Below, in pieces: positions 23,012 through 35,199 of a stretch of 64,000 nucleotides of DNA. The position numbers and the translations under genes are program-made. Source of the DNA: Geosiphon pyriformis uo1 (lineage: Eukaryota; Fungi; Glomeromycota); assembly GCA_016748015.1 (NCBI GenBank), contig JAAOMT010000512.1, positions 1,808,893-1,872,892 of the forward strand. Direction: 5' to 3'. Numbering within the stretch: position 1 is the stretch's first letter; every line of letters begins with the position of its first letter. The notes beneath the pieces were generated by a model. That model saw nothing but the letters and a program-made list of their open reading frames with translations, was not told the DNA's origin and searched no databases.

Positions 23012-26000
23012 TTAGATTTGTTTTATTTATGACAAACTGTCAGCATTTCCATTGTCTTTTTCCTTTTTATAATATATAGTATAATTATATGATGCGAGTG
23101 CCATTTTCCATTTTGACTGTCTTCCATCTCCAAATTCTTGTTTTTGAAGTGATGTTAACCCCTTGTGATCTGTATATACTTCAAACTTCTGGCTCAAGTA
23201 TTCTTTCCATTTCATGACTGCTCAGTATATCACTAAGTGTTCTTGTTCTGGTGTTCCATAGTTCTTTTCGGCTGGTGTTAAACCTCTGCTGGCATATGCT
23301 ACTGAATGTTCTCTGCCATTCATTCCTTTCTAAGATAGTACTGCTCCTAATGCTTGGCCAGATGCATCGGTAGTAATGATGAATAATTTGCTGTGATCTA
23401 GATAGATCAGTACTAGAGCTTGAATGAGCTTTCTTTTCAGAATATTAAAAGCTTCTTGTTGACTTTCTGTCCATTTGTATTTTGTATTCTTGGTTTGCAG
23501 TTGGTTGAGTGGCTGTGCTATCTTGGAAAAGTTCTTGATAAAACGTCAATAGTAGCTGGTGAATTCCAAGAATGATTTCAGTTCTGTTATATTAGTCAGC
23601 ACTGGAAAGTTCTTTACTATTTCTATTTTCTCTGGATCTATTTTGATGCTGTTTTTGCTGACTATGTGTCCTAAGAATTTTAGTTCTGTCTTGCCAAAGA
23701 AGCATTTTGTTGCATTTAACTTTAGTTCTGCTCTTCTTAGTTTTTCGAACACTTGTTGAAGATGATGAAAATAATCATCAAATGTTTTTGAGAATACATT
23801 GGTGTTGTCTAAGTATACAACTACTGATTTCCATAGTAAGCCAGTATAAACAATTTCTATTAGCCATTGAAAGGTGGCTGGGGCATTGGTTAAGCTGAAT
23901 GGCATCACTTCAAATTTGAAATTCCCTTTTCTTGTGGTGAATGCTGTTTTCTCTTTGTCAGCTGGATCCATGGCTACTTGCCAGTAACCACTATCTAAGT
24001 TTAACGTTGAGAACCATTTATTTCCACCAAATGCATTAAATAGTTCTTGTATCTGTGGAGTTGAATAGCTGTCTCCACAAGTTACACCATTTAGTTTTCT
24101 ATAGTCTACACAAAATCAGATCTTTTCATTCTTCTTACGGATGAGTACTACTAGTAATGACCATGGGCTCATTGATGGCTGAATTAATCCATTGTCCAGC
24201 ATTTGGTTGATCTCTTGACGAATGATTTTATGGCTGACTGGTGGTACTTTGTATGCTCACTGTTTGATTGACATTGCATCTTCAGTCTTAATTTGATGTT
24301 AGATGATGTTAGTTCTGCCAAATTCGTTTTTGCTGGCAAAAATGTCATTGAAATTGTTGAGTAACATTTTGAGCTGCATACGTTGTAGTGGATCTAGATT
24401 TCTCATGTTTATTTGTTCTAATTGTTCTGGTTGGAGCAAATAACATTCGTCTCGTCCATAGATTGTTTGTGATATAATGTTAACATATCCACAAAGTTGT
24501 GGAAAATCTGGAATAAAATTTGGTAGTTGATTCTCTATTTCAGTGTTTAAGTATCCAATGATAGTTCTGGCTGGTATTACTATGACATTTTCTGTGTTGT
24601 TGTAGATAGGGATTTTAATATGGCTGTAATCTTTGGTTAGTATGTGGAGATTGATGAGTCCAATCTCTCCTGATTTACAAAGAGTTAGTTCTGCTTCAAA
24701 AATCTGATGCTGTTCTTTTTTTTTTCTTTCTATTGCTAGCATGTACTGGTTATATGGTGGAATGAAAATAGCTTGACCAGTTGAGATAATTTCTCCTTGG
24801 CCAACAATTTCTTCTTCTGCTATATTAACTGGTACATCTATTCTACTCATTGATCCAAATCCCTGTATTCCTCTTGCTGTTATCCCTAATTCCTCTCTAT
24901 TTTCCACTGACACTAATTGGGCTATCTTAACCAGAGGCAGAAATATTGCCTATGCTATCTTTTTGTTGGGTTCTATTATATAGGCCTTTTCTGAGTTATT
25001 TTGTAGCATAGCAATGATATTTCCTACATATCCTGTGTTAATTATTCCTCCTCTTATATTAATCCCTCTTTTTGCTAAACTATTCCTAAATGCTAATTGA
25101 ACCATAGTTGTTGCCGGAATTTCTAGTGCTACTTTCAGATTAATGCAGATGCATAAATGTGGTTCCAATTTGATGGCCTCTTTTCCTGGATATTTCAGAT
25201 CAAACCCGGCATCAGTATTATGCACATATTCAGGCCTAATACTCTCATTATTATTGCTGAACCATTTTAGTTCCAATTCTCTGGTGAGATCAGGGATTGC
25301 GATATATTGTTTGTATTTTGTATCGGAGTTTGAATCTGAGTTGGAATCAGTATCGTTGTTGTTGCCATATTGAATGGAGCTAGAACTGGTGTTTTCATTG
25401 TCGTTGTTGTCAGAGTTTGAATTGGGATTGAAAATTGATTCTGATTCTAATGCATAGCTGCTGATTGGTTCTTCCTCTTTGGGAATCGTGTAGATTATGC
25501 ATGGTGGTAGATTGTAAATGAGGTTACACTCATTACAATACTCAAAGTTACTGGGAATTAAATAATGGCAACACAGTCTTGTATTCAACTGCGCTAGTCA
25601 TTGTTCTTGTTTCTTTCTAGTGGGTGCCAGGTTCTGGTAGTGTTTGTGGAACTCTTCTGGTTCCAGGAAATTTATGACTGGCTTTGTGTCCCAGTCAAGC
25701 TCAATGGGTTCTGGTGAGTTGTTTTTAATTATCTTGATTTCTTCTGACAACGTGCCTTTAATTTTGGCACTTGCCATCTGCCATAATTCATCATCATTGT
25801 GTGGATAACTGTCCAATCGCTGTATGGCTCTTCTCCAAGTGGCTTCTATTAGCATCCCTTTTCATACCCAGTTACTGATAAGGATTGTGTATTGACATGA
25901 TACATCGCATGTTCCTTCATGTTCAGAAATGTTGTTCCACATTCCTTCATCAAGAAGGGTCTTCCTACAAGTTAAGCATGGTTGGTTGTCCCATTTTTCT

Positions 26001-29000
26001 ACACGTTCTAGTCTTTCAAAGCATTCAAGGACACATGGGTGGCAATAAAACTTAGTTGCCATTGAATATTCCTCATTGTTGCCACAGCATGCACCTATTG
26101 ACAACAACTTCTTGTCACAATCAACGCATATAAGCTTAGGTCGATAATAGTTAGATCATTGTGGTATAGTGTAGGTATTATAAGTAATGGTGATTTGGAT
26201 GATCTCTTCTTCTCTTTTCTTCCCTTTCCCTTTATCTTCTTTGTTTTCTTCCCATTCCTAGCTGGAAGTTGGTTCGCTCTCATCATTGTTGGTCCATGTT
26301 AGGTCATCAGTTTCCCAGGTAAGTTCTTCCTTCTGTTTTCCTTTCCTATCATCATCCCAGACGAGTATTGGCAGCAGTTTGTTGTGGTTGATGTCAGCCC
26401 ATGACACTTGGTACATTTCTCAGGTAGGTTTCAGCTTTTTTTTCTTGAAGTTGATTAGTAGTACTGTGGTGTTGGTTGCTTTGAAGTGGCCACACGTGAC
26501 TGGTACCTGTGTGTGTTTTCTGTTCTGACTGAGCTGAAGTTCTTATATGGTCCAGTCAAGCACAGCATTGGTTTTAACTAGCCAATCATTACCAACTAGT
26601 GTTTGGTACTGAGTTGCTTCCATTACCAAGACCTTAATAGGAGTAACAATACCATTGACTTCAATTAAAAAGTCATCAATTTTGCCAATAGGCATTTTCA
26701 TGGTGCCATCTGTAGTGATAATTCTAGTGCTGGCAGCCCGATCAACTCAGCGACCTAATTGATTCATGAATTGCTTAGTAATGATACTGCCTGCTGAACC
26801 ACTATCAAGAATGAGTTTGATAGGATGTCCATCTACTTTCGCATTAGTGTACATTGCTGTGATGGATTTTTCTTCGAAGACAGCTCCACTGAATAACAGT
26901 AATGGGAATGGTTCCTCAAGTTCAAAAGAAAAGATGGCTGCTAAGAATTCATTATTGGTAACAATGGCTGGAGGTATGTTGCTGGTAAGTGTTACTTGTT
27001 GGTTGGTTTCTGAATTGTCGGAAGTGGCATCTTCTGGGATAACCAGGAGACTTAAATAGTTCTGGGAATTCGGGTTTTGGGTGGCACTGGTACCCAAATT
27101 CCGAAAATGCGATCCTGATGGTGGGTTAGAAGAACTGGGAATTAGTTGGTGGACAACCATCGCCGATCTCCAGTTTTGTGTGATTCTAGGTCTGGGGTGG
27201 CCTAATGTCATATTAACTGAATTTTGGGGCAGCATCTGAATTGATTGGGGTTAATAAATTACTTGAGACTGTAGCTGATAAATGACTGGTGGTTGTGATT
27301 GATAAATTGCTGGTGGCTGCGGCTGATAAATTGGAGGTTAATATACTGGTGATTAATAGATTGGCTGCTGCATCATAGGCAGGTAAGTGGTTTGATATTG
27401 GCCTTGATTTGGATAGCAATTCTGAATCTGAAATCTGTGATTGGGGTTTCGATATTGATTTTCCAATCATGGATTGTTGTTATAAAATCTGCAATCTGCT
27501 CTTATGTGTCCTTGTTTACCACAATTGTGGCAAACATGCATTTCTGGCTGCCACAACTGATTAGGTGCTGCTGATGATGATGATAGATGTGACTGATTTT
27601 GGAAACGATTCGTGTTTCCTGGATTATTACGTCATTGTGGTGGTTAATAAATGGTGTGATTGTCAGCTAAGTATCCCTCTAATTTCTAATTAATTGAATC
27701 ACTAAATTGTTTCAATTTGGAATCCAATTCAGATGATCCATTCATCACTAGGTTCATGGTGTGGACGTGATTGGCTTTGGACTCTGCGAATTCAAAATCT
27801 CTGGTGCATGTAACTGCTTCTTGAAGGGTGCCTAGATGCAATGGGCATACATGTTGCAAGATACTGCTGTGCAGGCCACAAATAAACTGGTTGAGGATCT
27901 GTGGTGCTGTAAAATAGTTGGCGTCAATTGCCTGGATCTGGCGCAGATTTTTATGGAAGTGTCCCAGGTAAGTGGTGACTGCTTCAGTTTCTCCTTGCTT
28001 CATGGTGGTGAATGTATTGACTAGGCAGTTGATACTGTTATTATTGCTGAAGTATTGTAAAAATTCTACTTTGAAGGCATTGAAGTCTTGTGGTTTATTA
28101 ATCAAGCTCTGATACCATGAATCAGCAGTATCTTTGAGAAAATAGGGAATGGTTTGCATTGCTCAGGTGTCATTCTATCCATTGGCTGCAATGGCTTTTT
28201 CTACATTGTTCAGCCATACTTGAGCATCATCTTCTTTGCTGGTGAAATTATCCAGTTTTACAATTGGTGCATAGGCCATTGGATCTAAGTTGGATGGTTG
28301 TGGTGGCTGTTGAAATGGTTGTTGATTTTGTTGAGGTGATAGTTGAAGTGGCTGCTGAATGGGTTTGGCTATTGGATCAATTGGTGGTTGATTGATGATG
28401 ATATTTGGAGGTAAGTTATTCTGATTAATTTGTTCGGAGTTTTGCAGTGTTTGAATATTCAGAGTTGCATTTTCCAAATTTTCTAAATTTGAGTTTATTG
28501 GGGTTTGAAAATTTGGGGTTTTGAATTCCGAGTTTTCTGAAATCGGGTTTTGGTAAGTGAATCCTTGATCTTCACTTTCTTTCTCTTCTTCCTCTGATAA
28601 TTCCCATGGAGTAGTGGCTTCAAAATTTGGTTGGGGTATTGGTGATCAAATTCCTGATGGCATTGGAGATTGTGATTTAAATCCTTCAAAATATGCTCCA
28701 TATGGTTCTAGTAAGTCTTCTTTCCATTGTTTGCTTTGGAACTGAAATCTTCTAAATGTTAATGTTGCATTTAAGGTAAATGCATCTGCTGATAAGATGT
28801 TGATGGTGCTTCCAGGTGTGTAGTGATATGATGGAGTGGTTGGTGATTCTACTCTGTGTTTTTTCCAACTAGGTAACTGTATTCTTTTTGGTGTTGCTGC
28901 TGGTGTTTGTATTTTTCCTTTACCTTTGTCTGTGTAGATAATAGAAAATTGTTGTTGAGTGTACCTTTCAATAGTTTGGTTGATTTCTCTGATTATTGGT

Positions 29001-29242
29001 GCAAAACTATAGTTCTTTGGTAAGTTGGTGTGTTAGAATAATTCTGTGTAAAAGTTTTCTCTTGCTGCTTCAATGTTAACTGTTCCTCCTAACCATTCAG
29101 TAATTTTGTCATTGACATAGAAATTGAAGATTAATTTGGCTGGGTAATAATTACTGTTTAATTTTAATTGTTGGCTATATTGTTGAAACAAAGATTTTGC
29201 AAATTCTAAATGGTTTGCTCCTATATTTTCTGATTCTGCCAT
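23012..29242 (-). pseudogene. gag-PR-Cys-rich-dUTPase-RT-RNaseH polyprotein of copy C
   Basis: ORF fragments 29033..29242, 27686..28159 (gag), 26747..27235 (PR), 25862..26107, 24950..25588 (dUTPase), 23546..23971 (RT), 23027..23215 (RH). Confidence 0.92.
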
Positions 29243-29282
29243 GTTTAGATTTGTGTTGGTGCTGGTTCTCTGTAGAATTATA

Positions 29283-29299
29283 CTTCACAGGAAGCACCA
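29283..29299 (-). promoter_or_regulatory. Primer binding site of copy C
   Basis: TGGTGCTTCCTGTGAAG 2 nt inside the 5' LTR; complement ends in ACCA; acceptor stem reminiscent of elongator tRNA-Met (tRNA identity uncertain). Confidence 0.8.
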
Positions 29300-29301
29300 A
29301 A

Positions 29302-30161
29302 TGTTACAAGTGAATATTTCTTTTGTTGGATTAAATAAAAACCTGTAACTTGGTGCTTAAATCGAGTTGCAATTGATGATAATCTGAAGGTTTGTATCTG
29401 AAGGTTTTGGTTGAGTTCTTTATATAATGAACAGAAATTCAATGGTGATAGTTTTATCTGTAGCTTTCCGAAACCGCAGTTTTGTCAATTTTTTTCTCAG
29501 CTTGATGGCCGGTATTCCTCCTGATAAGCTATTTTCAATCGAGTGTTCTACCCTTATTTCTGGGTCTTTTACCAATCATGTTTATCCTAACATCAGTGCC
29601 CTGTGCATTAATCCTTAATAGAGTTAGTAAACAACATAAAATCAAAGCAAGAAAATAAAAAAAAATAAATAAATAAATAAAGAAAAAAAATAAGCCAAAG
29701 TGATTTACAAGTTAGTATTCTATCAATAGCCATAATCAAGAGCTATTGTTCCAGTGTGGTTAAGTATCAATTATTATCAACATGAAGTGTTGATAGTGGA
29801 AATGGGTTTGAGATAACCAATAGTTATTTATTAGATGCTTATAATTTGAAGAGTTGCTTAGATTAAATCTAAACTAAGAGGTCTGTCTTTTTAGCTTCTA
29901 ATTCTGCTACTATATATACATAATTGAGATTTCTCAATTTCTCAATTCTTTACGACAGGAATTCTGGAATTCTTAGAATCCTGCAATTCTTTTGAGAAGA
30001 ATCCTGGAATTCTGGAATCCTGCAATTTCTCATCGGGGAATTCTGAAATTCCTGGAATCTTGCAATTCCTAAAAGGAATCCTGGAATTCCACATTTACTA
30101 TGCCTACTTCTGATTGGCTAATAATCATGCTAATATATTTCCTATATTTTTATGAGTAACA
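29302..30161 (-). repeat. 5' LTR of copy C (860 bp) with GGAATTC-type repeat array, CCAAT box (~30112-30118) and TATA (~29911-29918)
   Basis: Direct repeat of 20064-20868; extra ~55 bp is additional repeat units. Confidence 0.95.
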
Positions 30162-31175
30162 GCACACAGAATTTTTACCAATCAAGAATGACCACTTAGA
30201 GGCTAACAAATCAGCTTGGCTTAATTCAGCAAATTCCACCATAGCTTTTTGTCACATCCCAATCAGTTGAATTTTGATCAACTTAATTTCCCCAAATTCA
30301 AATACTGCGGTGACGATCATATCTTTATGTGTGTTCATAAAAATTTCCTTAATCATCACAGCCCGATCTGACCTCATTTCTTGTCTTTTAAGATCACTGT
30401 TTATGTTGATTCCTTTTTCTCTGACCAATGATGCAGCCATTTTCATGCTTTTTTCTGAAGTAAATGTTGATCAGATGATCCCTTCAAATTTTAAGAGGGT
30501 AATAGTCCCCCCAAAACCATTGACTGATGAAAAAATTTTTCTGATGTATTGAGTCTTTGCTGTCACAGATTTTCCTTTAACAGCACTAAGATTGATGTCA
30601 AGAACAAAAAACTTTCTAACAGAAACTTCAACCTGAGTTTTGACAATTTTTGGGTCAATCCATTTTTTTCAAGAGAAATTTTAAGAGAGGGAGGGAGGGG
30701 CACATTATCTTCATCTATTTTATAATCAATTGAGCCAAGAGGGGAGCCACAAACCAGATTGGAAGTTGCTTTTCTAGCTTTAGGAGTGTTTATCACTAAA
30801 TCAAAGAAAGAACCATCACCAGCATCAAGAGGAATATTATCATCTTTACTGTTACCAGATACACTGTCCATATCCAAATACACACCATAACTAGGATCAG
30901 ATTTGGCCAAAAAAATATCTTTTTCATCTTTAGAGTGTTTGATATTACCAACAGAAACTCTTTTCTTTTGAGAAAAAAAACCCCCAATAGGACCATGAAG
31001 AACCTCTACAGGCACCTTCTTTTTAGGCATAATACTACTTGAAGCAATAGCCAGATTTACCATGAAAAGATTATTTAATTAAGAAATGTTTGCAAGAGAT
31101 AATAAGAAAAAAATAAAAAACTTCTTTTTTGAAAAAATGCTTTTTGGGGTTTTTTGGAAGTAAGAGAGAAAGAAA
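30162..31175 (-). mobile_element. LINE copy 2, 5' portion (5' UTR + ORF1 N-half), separated by Gypsy C
   Basis: ORF1 starts 31063; ...KWSFLIGKNSV continues at 20063 as (R)IAKTV..RVLLFTLPVG. Confidence 0.9.
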
Positions 31176-31627
31176 TTTAATTTTTTTTGGTATTTTTAAT
31201 ACAATTTTTTAGATTATATTAAAATTTATTAAAATTTAATAATATTTATTTTTTATTTTAAGTTTTTAATATAATTATAATTAATTTTATTTGTTATTTG
31301 ATTTTAATAATAATTTTTTTTGTTAATTAAAAAATATTATCATTTTTTATAATATATTTAAGACTAAATTGGTTGATTTTTTTTTGATTGTATTATTTTT
31401 AAAATTAATAAATTTGTTTTTTAAGTTTATAGTTGTATTTGTTTTATTTTTTATTTTTTTAATTTTGCTTAATAATTAAAATATGTTATTATTTTTGGTT
31501 TTTAAATAAATTTAAATATTGTAATTATAAAAACTAATACTTTTATATTTAATAAAAATTTTCTAAATATTAATGCTATTTTAAATATTATTATTAAATA
31601 AAAATTAAATTATTAATTAATATAAAG

Positions 31628-34600
31628 TTTTTTTTTTTTTTATTACGTTTATTGAGTGAAGTCCAAATGCAAACTAGTACAATACATCAATATATAATCT
31701 AAACTAGGTGTGAATCATGCATTTTCTACACGTGACTAGCCATTCGAGCCAATCAGAACAACACTACACTCCTATATGAACAGAAGCCTCATCTCCAATA
31801 CCTGAGAAGAACAAACAACATCTATGATATCCAAAACCAACACCAAAAGCATCAGCAATGTCTAACAACCTAACAACACCAGCCGAAAGCACAGAGGAAA
31901 GACCAGATACAGTTACAAAAACAGAACCATCACACAGAATCAACCCATCCTTCTCCATAAAAGCTCAGTGTTTAGCTCGTGCTAGTCAGATATCATCTTA
32001 GAACACAAGACAGAAATCACTCACAAAGGCCACAATATTCTGGACTGCAATCTTAGAATCCTTGAAGATAGAAACAGATTTACAATACCACTCGCAAAAA
32101 ACAAAGCCCTTACACAGAGCTGTACCAACAATAACATTAGAGAAGTAAGTAAACAGCAACTGTAAAACACAAGAGAAAGACCGAGATAAACCTGAGCATA
32201 ATTCCCAAATAGAAGCATGAACATTTACTAGGTGAACGCGACCAGCAGCATCAGATGGGCAGAAAAAAACATGGTCTGAGACCTCAACATCCTCACAGAA
32301 CAAACACATAACACTGGGGTAACACCTATTATAAACACACTTATGCACAGCTATTGGAAGGCAATAGTGCAAAGCCTTCAAATAATACATCTAAAAACCA
32401 GCAGTCCAAGCACTAGTAAAACCAGTAGCTAGATAGAAGTCTGGATGCCACACTGAAGAAAATTTGGACCAGTCAATGTCAGCACACAGCCTATCTACCA
32501 CAACCCTGGAACCAGAACCAACTTCCCAATGTGCACAGTAAACAAAATAGAAAATGTTACAAACAAAATGTCTTGAATTACCAGAAACTGCAGAGCCACC
32601 AGCTCTCAAAAAATGTTTACTGACCACATGGAATAGCTGTCAAGAGGAAAAAGTGGCTATTCTAGCAAATGCATCAGTCCGTTCATTGTCCAAAATGCCT
32701 AAGTGATCCTTAATTTTGACCCAATTTACATCTAAATTTTTCTTATGAACAATGTTAGCAATATGGCATTGTTCAATCCAACACTGATTTTTGAAGTCCA
32801 GATAAGCCAACAAGGATTCAGCTTTGCATACATCCAAAGCAGCTTGGCTGTCTGAGAACAAGTCAACTGAATAAAAAGAAGAAACACATTCAAGAGCCAG
32901 AGCAATGGCCTGCAATTCTGTCAGCATAGACAATACCAAGCCAGATACTTCCATTTCCAAACCTGAATTAATGTCTTCAAAAAACACAGCAGCATCAGCC
33001 TTCATATCAACAGTACCCAAACCACTTAGAGATCCATCCGTATATACAGAAAAACAAGCAGCAACATTAGTAGCCAACAGATTATCACAAACAATACCAA
33101 AATTATGAGACAAACAAATATCAAAAGGAGCACGACCATTCACAGAGGAAGAGCAAGCAGATGAAGGAGCAGCACTATTGAGAAACTGAACAGAGAGATC
33201 AAACTAAAAGGGAACCAGACCACGGGGGTCCAGCCTTTTTCAGTGCTTGAAAGCCTTCCAATCATAAATAACACCATTCCAGTTGCAAAGTTAATCCACA
33301 AAAGCAATACCATAATGCTTGAGTGATGAAACACATTTGAAAAAAAATTTTTCACCAAGAACAAGAGACATAGAAATACCACCACAAAAGCAAAAGTCAC
33401 TAGCAAAAGAGGTGTCCAAAGACAAATTACATCCAAAAAAAATATGAACCACACCAGCCAAAAAGTTATTTGAAGGATTGATATTAATGTGAACCAGAAA
33501 TAACAAAGGGTGATGAGGATGCCAGCTGAGAGCCTAAAGGTCATGAGACCTGTAGGAGAACAAATGGCCCAAAGTACCAACCGAATTAGCAAAAACTATA
33601 ATAGATGCTGATTTACTCTCAGCTTGAATCTGCTCAAAAGTCTTTAAACTGTATAAAGAAGGATGATAAACTGCGTCATTGGGAAAATCAAGCAGAAGCT
33701 CAGACTTAGACTTCAAGCATTTACAAACCATAGAGTCCCATTTGGCACACACACTAATAGAAACAAAGCTGAATTGAGTCCTGTAGCTAATGATAGGAAA
33801 AAAAACCATGAAAACCAAATATGCAAACTGTTTATCTGAAATTGCTTTCCTCAAGACAAGATTAACAAAGAACCAAACGTCCGAGTGAGTCTTAGCCAAA
33901 CTAGGCTTCAAAAGGCCCTCAAAAGACAAAAAAATTCCTAGGTACTGATGAGATTCCCTCTTTTTTGCAATAGAAATAGGCAAGCTACTAACAGTCAGAT
34001 AAGAGTTCGCAATCTGACAGTTAATAGGAATAGCAACAGTCTTGTTATTGTTAATAAAAATGTCATTGAACCTAAAAAATTCACTAGCAACATTGAGAAT
34101 GTATTGCATCACAGCCTGGCTGCTGCCAACCCAAATTGTGTCATCGACAAAAGCACCAGCAGCCAAAAATGATGTCAACCCAGCCTGAGGTTCTACACAA
34201 CCAGTTTTGGAAATAAAATGAGAAATCAGTCTGTAACCACACAAGCTTTTCTGTCTTTTAACTTACACAAGAGCAAATCATAAAATATCCGCCAAAAAAG
34301 TGGTAAGAAAACTTCACCCTAATCCAAGCTGTCATGGACACAATAGCCATCAGTTAGACCAAAGTCTGTCATTACTCTGTTAGTGTGACCATTGTGAATG
34401 CTGCCAAAAAACCTAATAAACTGGTTACACATTTTGATTCTGACCAGGCTCCTCTCGAGATGCTTCCAACCAACAGAATCATAAGCCTTGTGCATATTTT
34501 GCAACACCAGCCACAGCTCCCGGTTCTTTTTCAAGGCATTCTCCACCACAAATCCAATGGCAAAAATTGGCAACTGTATCATCGTGCCCTTCAAAACAGA

Positions 34601-35190
34601 AAAATTGTCTCCATAAAAAACATTAAACTCGTTGCAAGCCAAAGAGATTTTGTCCGAAAGAATCTTGGAAAAAATTTTGTGGGCCATTTCAATCAAGGCA
34701 ATAGGGCAGGTGTTTGTAAAAACACCCTTCCATTCATATGGTTTAGGAATCATGGAGACCCAAGCCTTCTTCCAGGGCCCAGGCACAGACTCCCATTCCA
34801 AACAAAAATTCAAAAGCACTAAAAGCATATCCAGAACCCTTTTGTCACAATATTTCCACAGCTCATTGGAGATTCCAAAGAGACCAGCCATCTTCCCATC
34901 AGGCAAACTCAAAACAATATTAAACATTTCATCGAAGCCAATTGAACACATCACACCAGAGAATGCACCATCAAAGACGTAATTCAATGGTTGGAATTGG
35001 TGCACCCAATCATCAGAGATATCTGACACCATTACGTGCTTCCTAGTCCAGCCTTCCATAATTTCATCAATCTTAGATTTAACCAATTCAGACTCTAAGA
35101 CCAACTCATTATCCACAACCAAATGATCCAATACCACTTTACGAAAAGGACATTCCAAAACATTCCTAATAGTATACCCTTTGTTCATTT
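31628..35190 (-). mobile_element. LINE copy 3, 5'-truncated (RT-RNaseH-CCHC, 3' UTR, poly(A))
   Basis: ORFs 34319..35242, 33534..34244 (FVDDTIW), 32640..33143 (YTDGS..TELQAI..SDSQ..NERTD), CLFC..SDHVFFC; T-run 31628-31641. Confidence 0.93.
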
Positions 35191-35199
35191 CAAAAAAAA

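Larger units (their letters stand above)
20064..30161 (-). mobile_element. Full-length Ty3/Gypsy LTR retrotransposon, family 2 copy C (~10.1 kb), degenerate
   Basis: Two LTRs, PBS, PPT, gag with CHNCGKQGHIRADC, protease LILDSGSAGSII, dUTPase, RT (VYLD), RNase H, integrase, ORF3; inserted in LINE ORF1 with an eroded 4-bp TSD. Confidence 0.97.
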
